A program made the translations under genes and the position numbers. Shown here one piece after another: positions 30,847 through 40,548 of a DNA stretch of 51,687 bases. Each line of letters opens with the position of its first letter. The stretch's first letter is position 1. Source of the stretch: Gemmatimonadaceae bacterium (GTDB taxonomy: Bacteria > Gemmatimonadota > Gemmatimonadetes > Gemmatimonadales > Gemmatimonadaceae); the NCBI GenBank assembly GCA_044224875.1, contig JBGAJQ010000034.1, positions 1 through 51,687 of the forward strand, read 5' to 3'. The notes beneath the pieces are model-generated. The model was not told the DNA's origin. It ran no database searches and saw only the letters and a program-made list of their open reading frames with translations.

Positions 30847-32263
30847 ACCGATCGGGGTCCTCGGTCTTGATGATGGTGCGCTTGAATACGCCGGCTTCCG
30901 TTTGCTCGGAAAGGTCGACGAGGTGACCGGGGTACAGTACGTTGCCGCGGTCATCCGAGACAATACGCACGATCGGTCGAGAGATCGCATCTGGCCGCGA
31001 ATTCGCGGCATGCACCAGGGCCAGCTCAAACGTGTCGAGCACCACGAGGGTGCCGACCGGGAAGAGGCCGAGCAGCGTGATGAAGCCCTTGACCACGACC
31101 GGGTCGAAGCCGCGACGCGGATTGTCGCGCATCCCGGCCAGCACCATCGCGGGTGACATGGGCGTTGTCTGGTAGTGTCGCCGCGAGGTGGCGGCGTCAA
31201 ATCCGTCGGCGACCGCCACGATCTTCGAGAAGATGCTCTGCTGCCGTGGCCGGACGTTCTTCGGATAACCGGACAGGTCGGTTTTCATGTGGTGTTCGTA
31301 GGCTACCACCATGGACCGGTACGGCGGGTCCTGCTGGCCCCGCATCTGGAAGAGCGCCAACACACCGAGCCACGGATGAGCGGCCAGCCAACGCCAATCG
31401 TCGTCGGTCAGCCCACCGGACTTGTTCAGGACATTGATGGGGACACGCGACTTGCCGATGTCATGGAAGAGCGCCGCCATGCCCAGGTCGTACAGCTGCA
31501 ACTTTGTGAGGCCCAGACGACGGCCAAGGGCCACCGAAAAGATGCAGACGTTGACGCTGTGAGTGAACGTGTACTCGTCGTAGTCGCGAATCGTCGTCAG
31601 TCCAACCAGCGACGTCTCCTCATTGAGGATCTGGTCAACGATGGTCTGGACCACACGCTTGATTTTCTTGATGTTCGGTGCGTGACCGAGGCGAACGGAG
31701 TTGATGACGTCCTTGGTGACGGCCACGGACTGGGAGTACGTGCGCTTGGCAGCTTCCTTGGCCCGTTTCATGAAGTCCGGGTCGTCCTCGGCGATCATCG
31801 GCGGACCCAGCTCAAACGCCGTAATCCCGGCAGCCGTCAGCTTCTCCAGCACATCGAAGTGCGTGACGTCGGCCTCGCGGCTGGACGCCAGCAGGTTGGA
31901 GAGGAAAACCAGCCAATCGCGCGGCGTCATGGTGTCCGCGACGCGCACCGTCCCGATCCCACAGGCGCGGAAGAGGGACAGGATCTGGCTGAATGAGGCG
32001 TAGTTGTCGAGGTCGAGTCGCAACCGCGTGGAGTTCACGAAGATGAACTCGTTCGAGGCCCGCAGCTCCAACTCGTGCTCGCGCTCGAGCAGGACGTTGG
32101 CACTGGCGGCCAGGTCCGCGAGGGCATTGCGCACGGCCTCGTTCTCCGGCGGATACAACCGGATGACGCGCATCGCCCCGTAGACCTGGACGATGAGCTG
32201 CCGTCCCGCCTTGCGCAGGAAGGAGTCGCTGGTCGCGTCCTGGAGTTGCGCCAGCCCGGTCAC
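30815..32263 (-). CDS. HD-GYP domain cyclic-dinucleotide phosphodiesterase with uncharacterised N-terminal domain
   Basis: YTFTHSVNV, LFHDIGK, HPWLG, EHH.....SGYP, ADGFDAATSRRHY; GTGA overlap with the upstream gene. Confidence 0.9.
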   Translation of the reverse strand: MTGLAQLQDATSDSFLRKAGRQLIVQVYGAMRVIRLYPPENEAVRNALADLAASANVLLEREHELELRASNEFIFVNSTRLRLDLDNYASFSQILSLFRACGIGTVRVADTMTPRDWLVFLSNLLASSREADVTHFDVLEKLTAAGITAFELGPPMIAEDDPDFMKRAKEAAKRTYSQSVAVTKDVINSVRLGHAPNIKKIKRVVQTIVDQILNEETSLVGLTTIRDYDEYTFTHSVNVCIFSVALGRRLGLTKLQLYDLGMAALFHDIGKSRVPINVLNKSGGLTDDDWRWLAAHPWLGVLALFQMRGQQDPPYRSMVVAYEHHMKTDLSGYPKNVRPRQQSIFSKIVAVADGFDAATSRRHYQTTPMSPAMVLAGMRDNPRRGFDPVVVKGFITLLGLFPVGTLVVLDTFELALVHAANSRPDAISRPIVRIVSDDRGNVLYPGHLVDLSEQTEAGVFKRTIIKTEDPDRYGINVGDYFV

Positions 32264-33964
32264 GCCGTACCCCCCCGCAGGATGCGGTTGACGGCATTGC
32301 GCACCAGGATCTCCTTGTCGGTCGATGCCTTTTGCAGCGCCGCCAGTGCGACGTTCGACCCCACCTTGCCTAACGCCATGGCGGCGCAGGCGCGAAGCTC
32401 GGGATCCTCGCGCCGGCCAAAGAGTCCCTTCCCATTCAGGTAGCCGTCGAGCATCGACACCCCGGCATCGCCGCACATCGCCCCGTACGCCTCGAAGAAC
32501 GCCATCTTCTCCGTCAGGTCGGCCTCGTGGATGCGCTTCCCCTTCAGCACGCCTTCGAGCTTGGCGAGGGCCGGCCGGTGCGTGCGCGTGGCGAAGGCGC
32601 GCGCCGCGGCCACGCGAACGTCACGCTCGGAGTCTTCAATGCCGCGTTCGAGCTGCTGCAGCGCGCCGGGCGTGCCAATCTCGGCCAAGGCCTGCACCGC
32701 CACGATGCGCACCGACGCGTCCGCGTGGACCGCGAGTCGCGCCAAGGCAGGTACCGCTGCCGCCGCCTTCATCGCTCCGGCACGTCGAACGGCTTCCAGC
32801 ATCACCTCGCGCTCCGGGTCGCCGATCAGGCGCACCAGCTCCGCGGTGTTCGCTGCCGCAAGCCGCGACGCGGCCGCCTCGAGCAGTTGCCGCACCCGTG
32901 GCGACTGCACCCGACCCAACCAGACAAAGACGGTCCCCATGGCCGTCACTCGGAGCTGGTCGAACAACGCGTTCAGGTCATCCTGCGCCGGCAGCTCCAC
33001 CCAGTCGTCCAGGGTCTGCAACAGCTGCGTCAGGGCATCCGGGTCGCTCATCCGGCTGGGGAGGGCCAACAATCCCTCCTTCTGCGCTGGCGAAAGTCGC
33101 GGGCGCGACCGGCCGCTACCGTGACCTCGCGCAACAGGTACGAGGCCGCCTTCAAGTGGCCGAACTTCGACAGCAACTGCACCAACATGCTGTCGAGCAA
33201 CCGCGATTTCGTCGCGTACCTTCGCGTCGCCCTGCCGCTCGTAGATGTCGACGAGGGCAAGAATATCGTTAGTCTGCAGGTCCGCTCGCGTACTCCGTCC
33301 TGGATCTCTCCGCGCAGGTACTCCACCTCGCGTTCGTCCAGAAGTAGAGCGTCGCCGAGAAATCATCGAGGTTCTTCACGCTGGGCAGGATCTCTTCGCG
33401 CGGGGGCTCTTGCACCATGCGCGATTCGACCAGCCGCTCCTTGGCGGCGTCGTCGCTGGCCTCGAGCGGAAGGGCGCTCTCCATCGACACGTCAACGTAT
33501 CGGTACCGAACGAAGGCGAACTCCTGCTCCCAGAGCAGCGTCAACAGGTCGTCCTCGTCCGGCGATGCCTTGCGGACCTTGGCGATGATCTGCAGCAGCG
33601 TGATGATCTCCTGGAGCTCGACGTCCCGGCGAAGTTGCAGCTCCCGGATGCCATCCTTGTACAGGACCCACGGCAACGCATCGCTCGTCTTGTCCGGTTC
33701 ATTGACGACGACGTGACCTTCCCACTTGAGCTGCGTGTCCGTCACCTCAAACGTCAGGTCCTCCGTATGCTGCCAGATGGGGGCGAAGGCGCCTTTGACG
33801 TTTTCCAGCGACTTGAGGTACGTCGGGTTGTTGTGGAGGTACAACTGGTGCGCACGCATCGCCCTGGCGAACAGGCGCAACATCTCCTCGACCAAGGCGA
33901 TGTTGAACGGCGGATCCGCCAGGTCCGACTCCGCTTTCGCGGCTGGTGCGGCTTGCGTGATCAC
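32260..33964 (-). CDS. HEAT-repeat protein, interrupted by about 5 single-base frameshifts at 33095-33345
   Basis: C-terminal HEAT repeats ([44 protein letters not shown]); GTG 33964 overlaps the trpB stop; a continuous protein can be rebuilt across frames. Confidence 0.8.
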
Positions 33965-35133
33965 GCGGGCAGGATCCCGAGGTCGTTCACTTGCGCCACG
34001 TCCTTGTCGCCACGGCCACTCACGCACAGCAGCACGACGTCTTGAGCGGCCCAGCGCTGGCGCTCGCGCTCGATCCAGGCCACGGCATGCGCCGTCTCGA
34101 GCGCCGGGACAATGCCTTCGAGGCGGCTCAAAGTGGCAAACCCGTCCAGGGCTTCCTGGTCGGTGATGGCGACATACCGGGCGCGACCGGTGTCCTTCAG
34201 GTGGGCGTGCTCGGGCCCGACGCCGGGATAGTCCAACCCCGCCGAAATCGAGTGCGCCGGATGTACCTGCCCATTCTGATCCTGCAAGAGGTAGCTCAAT
34301 GCTCCGTGCAGTACGCCAGGGGACCCCATCGAGAGAGACGCGGCATGGCGGGGAGTCTCAAGTCCCTCGCCTGCCGCCTCTACTCCGACGAGTTCCACCT
34401 CGGAATCGTCAACAAAACCGGCAAATATTCCCATGGCGTTTGACCCCCCTCCCACGCACGCCACGACGGTGCTCGGCAGCCTCCCGGTGCGCTCCAGGAT
34501 CTGTCCCCTCGCCTCACGACCGATGATGGCCTGGAAGTCGCGCACCAGTCTGGGATAGGGCGAGGGGCCCACCACCGATCCGATGATGTAGTGCGAGTCC
34601 GTGACGTTGGTGACCCAGTCCCGAATCGCCTCCGTCGTGGCGTCCTTTAGCGTGCGCGTTCCTGTCGTCACCGGCACGACCGTGGCACCCATGAGCCGCA
34701 TCCGGTAGACATTCAGCGCCTGTCGCCGCATGTCCTCCTCGCCCATGTAGACGACGCAGGACAGGCCAAAACGGGCGCAGACCGTCGCTGTCGCCACGCC
34801 GTGCTGCCCCGCCCCGGTTTCCGCGATAATGCGTCGTTTCCCCATGCGCATGGCAAGCAACACCTGGCCCAAGGCGTTGTTGATCTTGTGCGCTCCGGTG
34901 TGGTTCAAGTCCTCGCGCTTGAGCCAGACGTGGGTGCCAACAAGGTCCGAGAATCGCGGCGCGAAGGTGAGCGCCGACGGGCGGCCGACGTAGTGCGCCA
35001 GCAGGTCGTACAGCTGGTCACCGAACGCCGGGTCTCGCCTCGCCGAATCGTAGGCTGCGGTCAGCTCATCCAAGGCCGGAATGAGCGTTTCCGGCACATA
35101 GCGGCCGCCGAAGGTGCCGAATCTCTCAGACAT
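33961..35133 (-). CDS. trpB: Tryptophan synthase beta chain
   Basis: [50 protein letters not shown]. Confidence 0.99.
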   Translation of the reverse strand: MSERFGTFGGRYVPETLIPALDELTAAYDSARRDPAFGDQLYDLLAHYVGRPSALTFAPRFSDLVGTHVWLKREDLNHTGAHKINNALGQVLLAMRMGKRRIIAETGAGQHGVATATVCARFGLSCVVYMGEEDMRRQALNVYRMRLMGATVVPVTTGTRTLKDATTEAIRDWVTNVTDSHYIIGSVVGPSPYPRLVRDFQAIIGREARGQILERTGRLPSTVVACVGGGSNAMGIFAGFVDDSEVELVGVEAAGEGLETPRHAASLSMGSPGVLHGALSYLLQDQNGQVHPAHSISAGLDYPGVGPEHAHLKDTGRARYVAITDQEALDGFATLSRLEGIVPALETAHAVAWIERERQRWAAQDVVLLCVSGRGDKDVAQVNDLGILPA

Positions 35134-35150
35134 CGAAGGTCGATCTCCTG

Positions 35151-35801
35151 TCAGGTCGCGCGGCCCGCTGCCGCTCGTACGAAAGCCGCTATTCGAGTCG
35201 CGCTCTTCTCGCCCAGGGCCTGCTCCACCCCCGAGGACACGTCCACGATGTCTGGCTGGAGCGCGTCGATCGCGTCACGGACGTTGTGTGGGTCCAAGCC
35301 GCCAGCCACAACGATGCGGCGTCCCGCACGCATTGGCGCCAACAGGCGCGCCGTGGACTCCCAGTCGAATGTCGTTCCCGTTCCACCCAGGCCGGTGCCG
35401 GCGTACGCGTCGAGTACGATGGCGTCCGCAAGCTCCCACGATGCCCAGGCAGACTCCATCGATACCTCCTGGCCGATCCGCACGACGCCCCAAATCTCCC
35501 CGGCGAACGTGGCCCGAAGACTATCCCATGCGTCATGCTCCGGTCGCTGCAATAGCTGCAACACGTCAAGTTCGGCCGCTCGCGCAGTGGCGAGTAGCAG
35601 CGTCGGGTCTGTCGTGGCGAACACCCCGACACGCTGGCATCGGCGACGGGTGTCTCCGGCCAGCACGTCGCGCGCCCGCGTGGGTTGCAGCTGACGTTTC
35701 CCGGGAGCCAACACGACACCCAGATAGCGTGCCCCGGATTCCGAGGCGACGCCGGCGTCCTGGGCACGCATCAGCCCGCAGATTTTCACTTCAACTGGCA
35801 C
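35151..35801 (-). CDS. trpF: Phosphoribosylanthranilate isomerase
   Basis: [33 protein letters not shown]. Confidence 0.95.
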   Translation of the reverse strand: MPVEVKICGLMRAQDAGVASESGARYLGVVLAPGKRQLQPTRARDVLAGDTRRRCQRVGVFATTDPTLLLATARAAELDVLQLLQRPEHDAWDSLRATFAGEIWGVVRIGQEVSMESAWASWELADAIVLDAYAGTGLGGTGTTFDWESTARLLAPMRAGRRIVVAGGLDPHNVRDAIDALQPDIVDVSSGVEQALGEKSATRIAAFVRAAAGRAT

Positions 35802-36615
35802 GTGTCACTCGCGCCACGCCGGTCAGCGCGCTCGTTGCGCGCACCGGGTCACTGGCTTGCGACAGGAACGATCCGACGAGGACTGCGTCCGCCCCCTGCA
35901 AGGCCGCCCGCGACACATCCATACGGCTCGCGACTCCGCTCTCCGCCACTGCCACGCAGGCCGCCGGAATCTGCGGCAACAGGCGCGCATGCACCTCCGG
36001 GTCGACGGCCAACGTCTCGAGATCGCGCGAGTTCACCCCGATGAGCGCGGCGCCAGAGTTCAGCGCCCACGACAACTCACCCTGCGAGCGCACCTCCACG
36101 AGAGCTTCGATCCCTGCCCGGCGACACTCATTCATCATTTCATCCAACCGGCCCGGACCAAGCGCCCTGGCGATCAAGAGCAGCGCGGACGCTTGAAGTG
36201 CCTTTGCCTCCCACACCTGGATCGTCGAGACGTGGAAGTCCTTCTTGAGGGATGGAAGTCGCGTGGCTTCGCGAGCCATCGTCAGGTCTTGGGGGCTCCC
36301 TCCGAATTCGTCTGGCTCAGTCAACACGGAGAGCGCCCGCGCGCCGCCCGTTGCGTAGGCGCGGGCTCGTTCTGCGGGAGCGAGCTCCGCCCGAAGGAGG
36401 CCCTTGGATGGCGAACGCCGCTTGAGCTCTGCCACCACGGCGACCTCGTTGCCAGCTCCGAGCGCCGCCAAAAGCGACGGTGCGGGAACTGCATGCTCCC
36501 TATCCCCGATCGCGGCCAGAATCGCATCGCGATTGAGTAGCTGAGCTCGGTCGTAGGCTCGCGCGCACAGCCTTCCGAGAACGCCGCCAGGCGGACTCCA
36601 TGACAATCCTTGCAC
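35791..36615 (-). CDS. trpC: Indole-3-glycerol phosphate synthase
   Basis: AELKRRSPSKG, SVLTEPDEFGGS, KKDF, GVNSRDL, AESG, LVGSFL. Confidence 0.95.
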   Translation of the reverse strand: MQGLSWSPPGGVLGRLCARAYDRAQLLNRDAILAAIGDREHAVPAPSLLAALGAGNEVAVVAELKRRSPSKGLLRAELAPAERARAYATGGARALSVLTEPDEFGGSPQDLTMAREATRLPSLKKDFHVSTIQVWEAKALQASALLLIARALGPGRLDEMMNECRRAGIEALVEVRSQGELSWALNSGAALIGVNSRDLETLAVDPEVHARLLPQIPAACVAVAESGVASRMDVSRAALQGADAVLVGSFLSQASDPVRATSALTGVARVTRAS

Positions 36616-36638
36616 TTCGGGTCCTGTTCGGCTATTGT
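36610..36638 (+). promoter_or_regulatory. Sigma70-type promoter of lexA
   Basis: TTGCAC-N17-TATTGT, 66 nt upstream of the lexA ATG. Confidence 0.65.
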
Positions 36639-36659
36639 AGGCCTTCGGCAGTTGTTCGG
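36615..36659 (+). promoter_or_regulatory. Two tandem candidate LexA operators CTTCGG-N4-TGTTCGG
   Basis: CTTCGGgtccTGTTCGG (36615-36631) and CTTCGGcagtTGTTCGG (36643-36659), in the promoter spacer and over the predicted start site. Confidence 0.6.
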
Positions 36660-36704
36660 TAAGCGGTTTCTCGGTTCTCGAGAGCCCACTTCACGGAGCC
36701 ACAG

Positions 36705-37313
36705 ATGTCCCTTACGAAACGGCAGCGCGAGATCCTCACCTTCCTGCAGAGCTATGCGGAGGACAACGGGTATGCTCCGAGCTTCGAGGAGATCGCCGCG
36801 CATTTCAACTATAACTCGTTGGCTACGGTGCACGAGCACCTGAGCAACCTGGAACGCAAGGGATACATCAAGCGCTCGTACAATGAGAGCCGAGCGATTG
36901 AGATTCTGCCTTCGGAGATGTTCGCTCGGGCCGTGGAGCTTCCGCTGTTAGGCGCGGTAGCCGCCGGCGTTCCGATCGAGGCGGTTTCGACGCCTGAGAC
37001 GATCGCGGTGCCAGACGATTTCGTACGCCGTTCCGGAGACCACTACGTCCTCAAGGTTCGTGGGAACTCGATGATCGACGAGCAGATCCGCGATGGCGAC
37101 TTCGTGATCATCAATGAGCGGCGAGCGGCGGACAACGGCGAGATGGTGATTGCCCTCGTCAACCGAACAGCTGCAACGCTCAAGCGCTTCTACCGAGAGC
37201 GAGATGGCCGTATTCGGCTGCAACCCGCGAATGAAGCCATGACGCCGATCTACGTTCACGAAAACGACATCGCCATCCAGGGCGTCGTTGTCGGGGTGAT
37301 CCGCCGGTACTAG
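36705..37313 (+). CDS. lexA: SOS repressor LexA
   Basis: LTKRQREIL..GYAPSFEEIA wHTH, VAAG cleavage site, GNSM (Ser), TLKR (Lys). Confidence 0.98.
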   Translation: MSLTKRQREILTFLQSYAEDNGYAPSFEEIAAHFNYNSLATVHEHLSNLERKGYIKRSYNESRAIEILPSEMFARAVELPLLGAVAAGVPIEAVSTPETIAVPDDFVRRSGDHYVLKVRGNSMIDEQIRDGDFVIINERRAADNGEMVIALVNRTAATLKRFYRERDGRIRLQPANEAMTPIYVHENDIAIQGVVVGVIRRY

Positions 37314-38338
37314 TCGCGGTACGCCGCGAGCATACGCTCGAGCGCTTCCAGGCCGATGCCCGTGGCAAGGGCGATTCGCGCCACATCGACGCAGGCGGCG
37401 TAGGTTGGGCAGCGCTCCGCCACGTACAACGCGGCTGCGGCATTCAGGATGACCGCAGCGCGTGCCCCGGCGCTCCCTCCCCCGCTCAAGAGCTCCCGAA
37501 TGAGGGCCGCGTTCTCTGCCGGCGTGCCGCCTCGAATGTCGTCGGAACTCTTGCAGTGCAGCCCGAACTCGGACGGATCGATCTCCCACTCGGTGATCGT
37601 GCCACTTCGAATCTCTGCCACGTGTGAGATCCCCAGGGGAGACACCTCATCCAGCCCCGGATCACCAAACACGACCAGCGCATGACGACTTCCTAGGGCA
37701 GACAGTGCGCCGGCAAGAAGCATCAGCCGCCCGCGGTCGGCGACGCCCACCACCTGACGACCCGCATGCGCCGGGTTCGCTAGTGGGCCCACGATGTTCA
37801 TGACGGTCGGGATTCCCAACTCGCGTCGCACAGGACCGACATGCCGCATCGCGGGATGCATCGCCGGCGCAAACATGAAGACGACACCCGACTGTTCCAA
37901 CACGTGCGCCAAGCGCTCGGGAGAGGCGTCGAGCGGCACCCCAAGCGCCTCCAGCACGTCGGCGCTGCCCGACTTCGAGGTGAACGACCGGTTCCCGTGC
38001 TTTGCAACGCGCACGCCGATTCCGGCGGCGAGCAGCCCTGCGGCCGTCGAGATGTTGAACGTGGTGACCGCACCGCCACCGGTCCCACAGGTGTCCACGA
38101 GGGAATTCGGGTCCGTCGCAGGCACGGTCAACATCGCCTGCCTGAGCGCGCGAGCTGCTCCGGCCACTTCCTGCGGGGTCTCGCCCTTGACTCGTAGCGC
38201 CGTGAGCAGCGCCGAAACCTGAACCGGTGTCGATTCACCCTGCATGATCGCGGTGAATGACTGCTCCGATTGGACCTCGGTCAGCGACTCTCCGAACGCC
38301 AACTTGCGAATCGCCGAGCTGACTGGGCTATTGTCCAT
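37310..38338 (-). CDS. trpD: Anthranilate phosphoribosyltransferase
   Basis: DTCGTGG, FNIST, KHGNRSFTSKSGSADVLE, GPLANP, GLDE. Confidence 0.97.
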   Translation of the reverse strand: MDNSPVSSAIRKLAFGESLTEVQSEQSFTAIMQGESTPVQVSALLTALRVKGETPQEVAGAARALRQAMLTVPATDPNSLVDTCGTGGGAVTTFNISTAAGLLAAGIGVRVAKHGNRSFTSKSGSADVLEALGVPLDASPERLAHVLEQSGVVFMFAPAMHPAMRHVGPVRRELGIPTVMNIVGPLANPAHAGRQVVGVADRGRLMLLAGALSALGSRHALVVFGDPGLDEVSPLGISHVAEIRSGTITEWEIDPSEFGLHCKSSDDIRGGTPAENAALIRELLSGGGSAGARAAVILNAAAALYVAERCPTYAACVDVARIALATGIGLEALERMLAAYRD

Positions 38339-39638
38339 GTCCTACGCCGATCAAGCGCTCTGCCAGCGAACCGTTGGTCGCGATGAGCGAGATGACGAGC
38401 GTGAGCAGCTTGACGCGCTCCATGTCCTCCTCGACGAACACACCGCGCTTGGCGCGGTTCGTCAGGTTCACCACGCCGACCAATTCGTCACGATAAATCA
38501 GCGGAAATGAGATGAAGGAGCCCGTGGTCAGGAATTGGTCGGCGAGGAGAGGATGTGCATGGGCCTCGGTCGCGTCCTGCACCAGGAGCGGTTCTCTCGA
38601 CTGGGCGACAATGCCCGCGACGCCGTGCCCAAACGGGATGCGCGATCCCTCGACAATCTGCGGCGCCAACCCACGCGTGGCGGCGAGGTACAGCGCATCC
38701 TCACCGGGCACCCGGAGCATGAGCGAACAGCGCTGCGCCTGCATGTCGTCGCCGACAAGCGCCAAGAGCCCATCCACAAGTTGTCGGGCATCGGAGGTGG
38801 CACTATCCAGCCGGAGCGCGCGCTCGATCAGGTACTGCGTCCGCGTTTTTTGACGAAGCGCCTCGCTCCGCCGGTGTAGCTCGATGTGGGCCTGCTCCAG
38901 TTGAGCCACCGCGGCCATGAGCTGCTGTTCGAGCGACTGTGCCTTCCGTCCGGCGCGCCGCGCTTCCTCCTCCCTGGCCGCCAGCTCGTGCTCCAGGTGC
39001 ACCGCGCGAGCGGCGTCGTGGGCGCCCGACGACACCGCCGCGCCACGAGCACGACCCAACTCCTCTTCGAGCGAGCCGAGCTTTCGGAGGTACTCGCCAT
39101 GCACGCGTTCGGTGACGTCTTCGAGCGTCGTCACGGCCTCGTCCCGCGCTTCGCGATCGGCGAAGCGCTGGTACGCCAGGTCAAAAAGGGCCACGCAGGG
39201 CGCGAACCGCTCGTTGGTGCGTGTCCCGAACATCTTGCGTTGTTCGTAAAGCGCGAGGACCGCAGTCAACGCGCCATCCGTCGTTAGGCCGCGCAGGGAA
39301 AGGATGCCTCCATCCGCAAACGGAGACAGCGCGAACAATCGCGCGTATTCCGCCGACCGGTCGCCGATGTCGACGAACTGGCCGCCGGCCGCGATCTGGT
39401 TGCGCAAGGCTGGCGGAAGATGGTCGAACGTGGTGTTCACCTCGGTTCGCACCACCGCGCCATTCTGGGGTGACGCTCGATCCCGAAACAGCGTCCGCCG
39501 CCCGTCGTAACGAATCAGTCCCAGGATCGCCGATCGGTCACCGTCGGCGAGGGCCTCACCGAGGGCAATGAGGGCGGCGTCGAGGTCCGGTGCGACGTTG
39601 AGGGCGTGCGCGAGCGAGGGGAGAGCGCGTGTGGACAT
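38328..39638 (-). CDS. GAF domain protein (degenerate GAF, coiled coil, GAF; no output domain)
   Basis: C-terminal RCSLML...GHGVAGIVAQSREPLLV...SFISFPLIYRDELVGVVNLTN; central heptad-rich helix. Confidence 0.8.
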   Translation of the reverse strand: MSTRALPSLAHALNVAPDLDAALIALGEALADGDRSAILGLIRYDGRRTLFRDRASPQNGAVVRTEVNTTFDHLPPALRNQIAAGGQFVDIGDRSAEYARLFALSPFADGGILSLRGLTTDGALTAVLALYEQRKMFGTRTNERFAPCVALFDLAYQRFADREARDEAVTTLEDVTERVHGEYLRKLGSLEEELGRARGAAVSSGAHDAARAVHLEHELAAREEEARRAGRKAQSLEQQLMAAVAQLEQAHIELHRRSEALRQKTRTQYLIERALRLDSATSDARQLVDGLLALVGDDMQAQRCSLMLRVPGEDALYLAATRGLAPQIVEGSRIPFGHGVAGIVAQSREPLLVQDATEAHAHPLLADQFLTTGSFISFPLIYRDELVGVVNLTNRAKRGVFVEEDMERVKLLTLVISLIATNGSLAERLIGVGHGQ

Positions 39639-39736
39639 GAATGGGCAGGTCCGCCGCGGAACGCTGCCCGAGCGGACGTGCAATGTGGGTGCCTACGTCA
39701 AGCCGTGTCAATCGCTTCCGACCCGCGGTGGTTTGC

Positions 39737-39765
39737 TTGAACGCGCCCTGCAGGTGCGCTACGTT
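39737..39765 (+). promoter_or_regulatory. Putative sigma70 promoter giving a leaderless truA transcript
   Basis: TTGAAC-N17-TACGTT then 6 nt to ATG 39772; no SD. Confidence 0.55.
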
Positions 39766-39771
39766 TCGACC

Positions 39772-40548
39772 ATGACGGCGCGCCACGTGCAGCTCGTGCT
39801 GCACTATGACGGTTCCGCATTTGCCGGGTGGCAAATTCAGCCAAAGCAGCGGACCGTGCAGGGCGAGTTGGAGCGTGTGCTCGCCGATCTCTGCGGACAG
39901 CGAGTGGTTGCTCAAGGTGCTGGCCGTACCGACGCGGGCGTTCACGCTCGCGGGCAGGCGGTCGGTGTACAGGTCGCGTCGACGTGGACGACCGCGAAGT
40001 TGCGGCGCGCACTGAACGCGCTCTTACCGGAAGACGTGTGGGTCGCGGCGGCGTATGAGATGCGCCCCGAATTCCATGCACGATTCAGCGCTACGTCGCG
40101 TCGTTATGCCTATCGCGTCGGCACAGATGAGGATGCGTACTCGCCCTTTCGGCGACGAACCGAATGGGCGTACTGTCGACCGCTCGATGTCGGCGCGCTA
40201 CAGCGCGCGGCGCATGCGGTCCTTGGGTCGCATCACTTCCTCGCATTCGCCGTGCGCGGCACCGCGCCCGAGAGCGACGACCATCGCTGCGACATCGCGA
40301 CGTCGCAGTGGGACGTTCAAGAGTCGCGCCTCGTATACCACGTCGAGGCAAACCGATTTCTCCACCACATGGTGCGCTTCCTCGTTGGAACGATGGTGGA
40401 GATCGCAAGCGGCAAGCGTCCGGAGCACTCGATGACCGACCTGCTGGACGCTCCGACCAACGATGAGGTTTCTCCTCCTGCACCCGCCCATGCGCTGTTC
40501 CTCGAGCGCGTGGCTTACCCCGATCACCTCTACCTTCCGCAGGGATGA
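39772..40548 (+). CDS. truA: tRNA pseudouridine(38-40) synthase
   Basis: YDGSAFAGWQ, GAGRTDAGVHARGQ, FHARFSA, FLHHMVR. Confidence 0.97.
   Translation: MTARHVQLVLHYDGSAFAGWQIQPKQRTVQGELERVLADLCGQRVVAQGAGRTDAGVHARGQAVGVQVASTWTTAKLRRALNALLPEDVWVAAAYEMRPEFHARFSATSRRYAYRVGTDEDAYSPFRRRTEWAYCRPLDVGALQRAAHAVLGSHHFLAFAVRGTAPESDDHRCDIATSQWDVQESRLVYHVEANRFLHHMVRFLVGTMVEIASGKRPEHSMTDLLDAPTNDEVSPPAPAHALFLERVAYPDHLYLPQG

Noticed and set aside
30045..32476. Long N-terminal extensions of the MCP, trpA and HD-GYP ORFs in the track
   Set aside because: They overlap upstream genes and read as off-frame GC-rich sequence; coupled starts are available
33090..33345. Programmed ribosomal frameshifting
   Set aside because: Multiple mixed-sign indels and no slippery heptamer; sequencing error is more parsimonious
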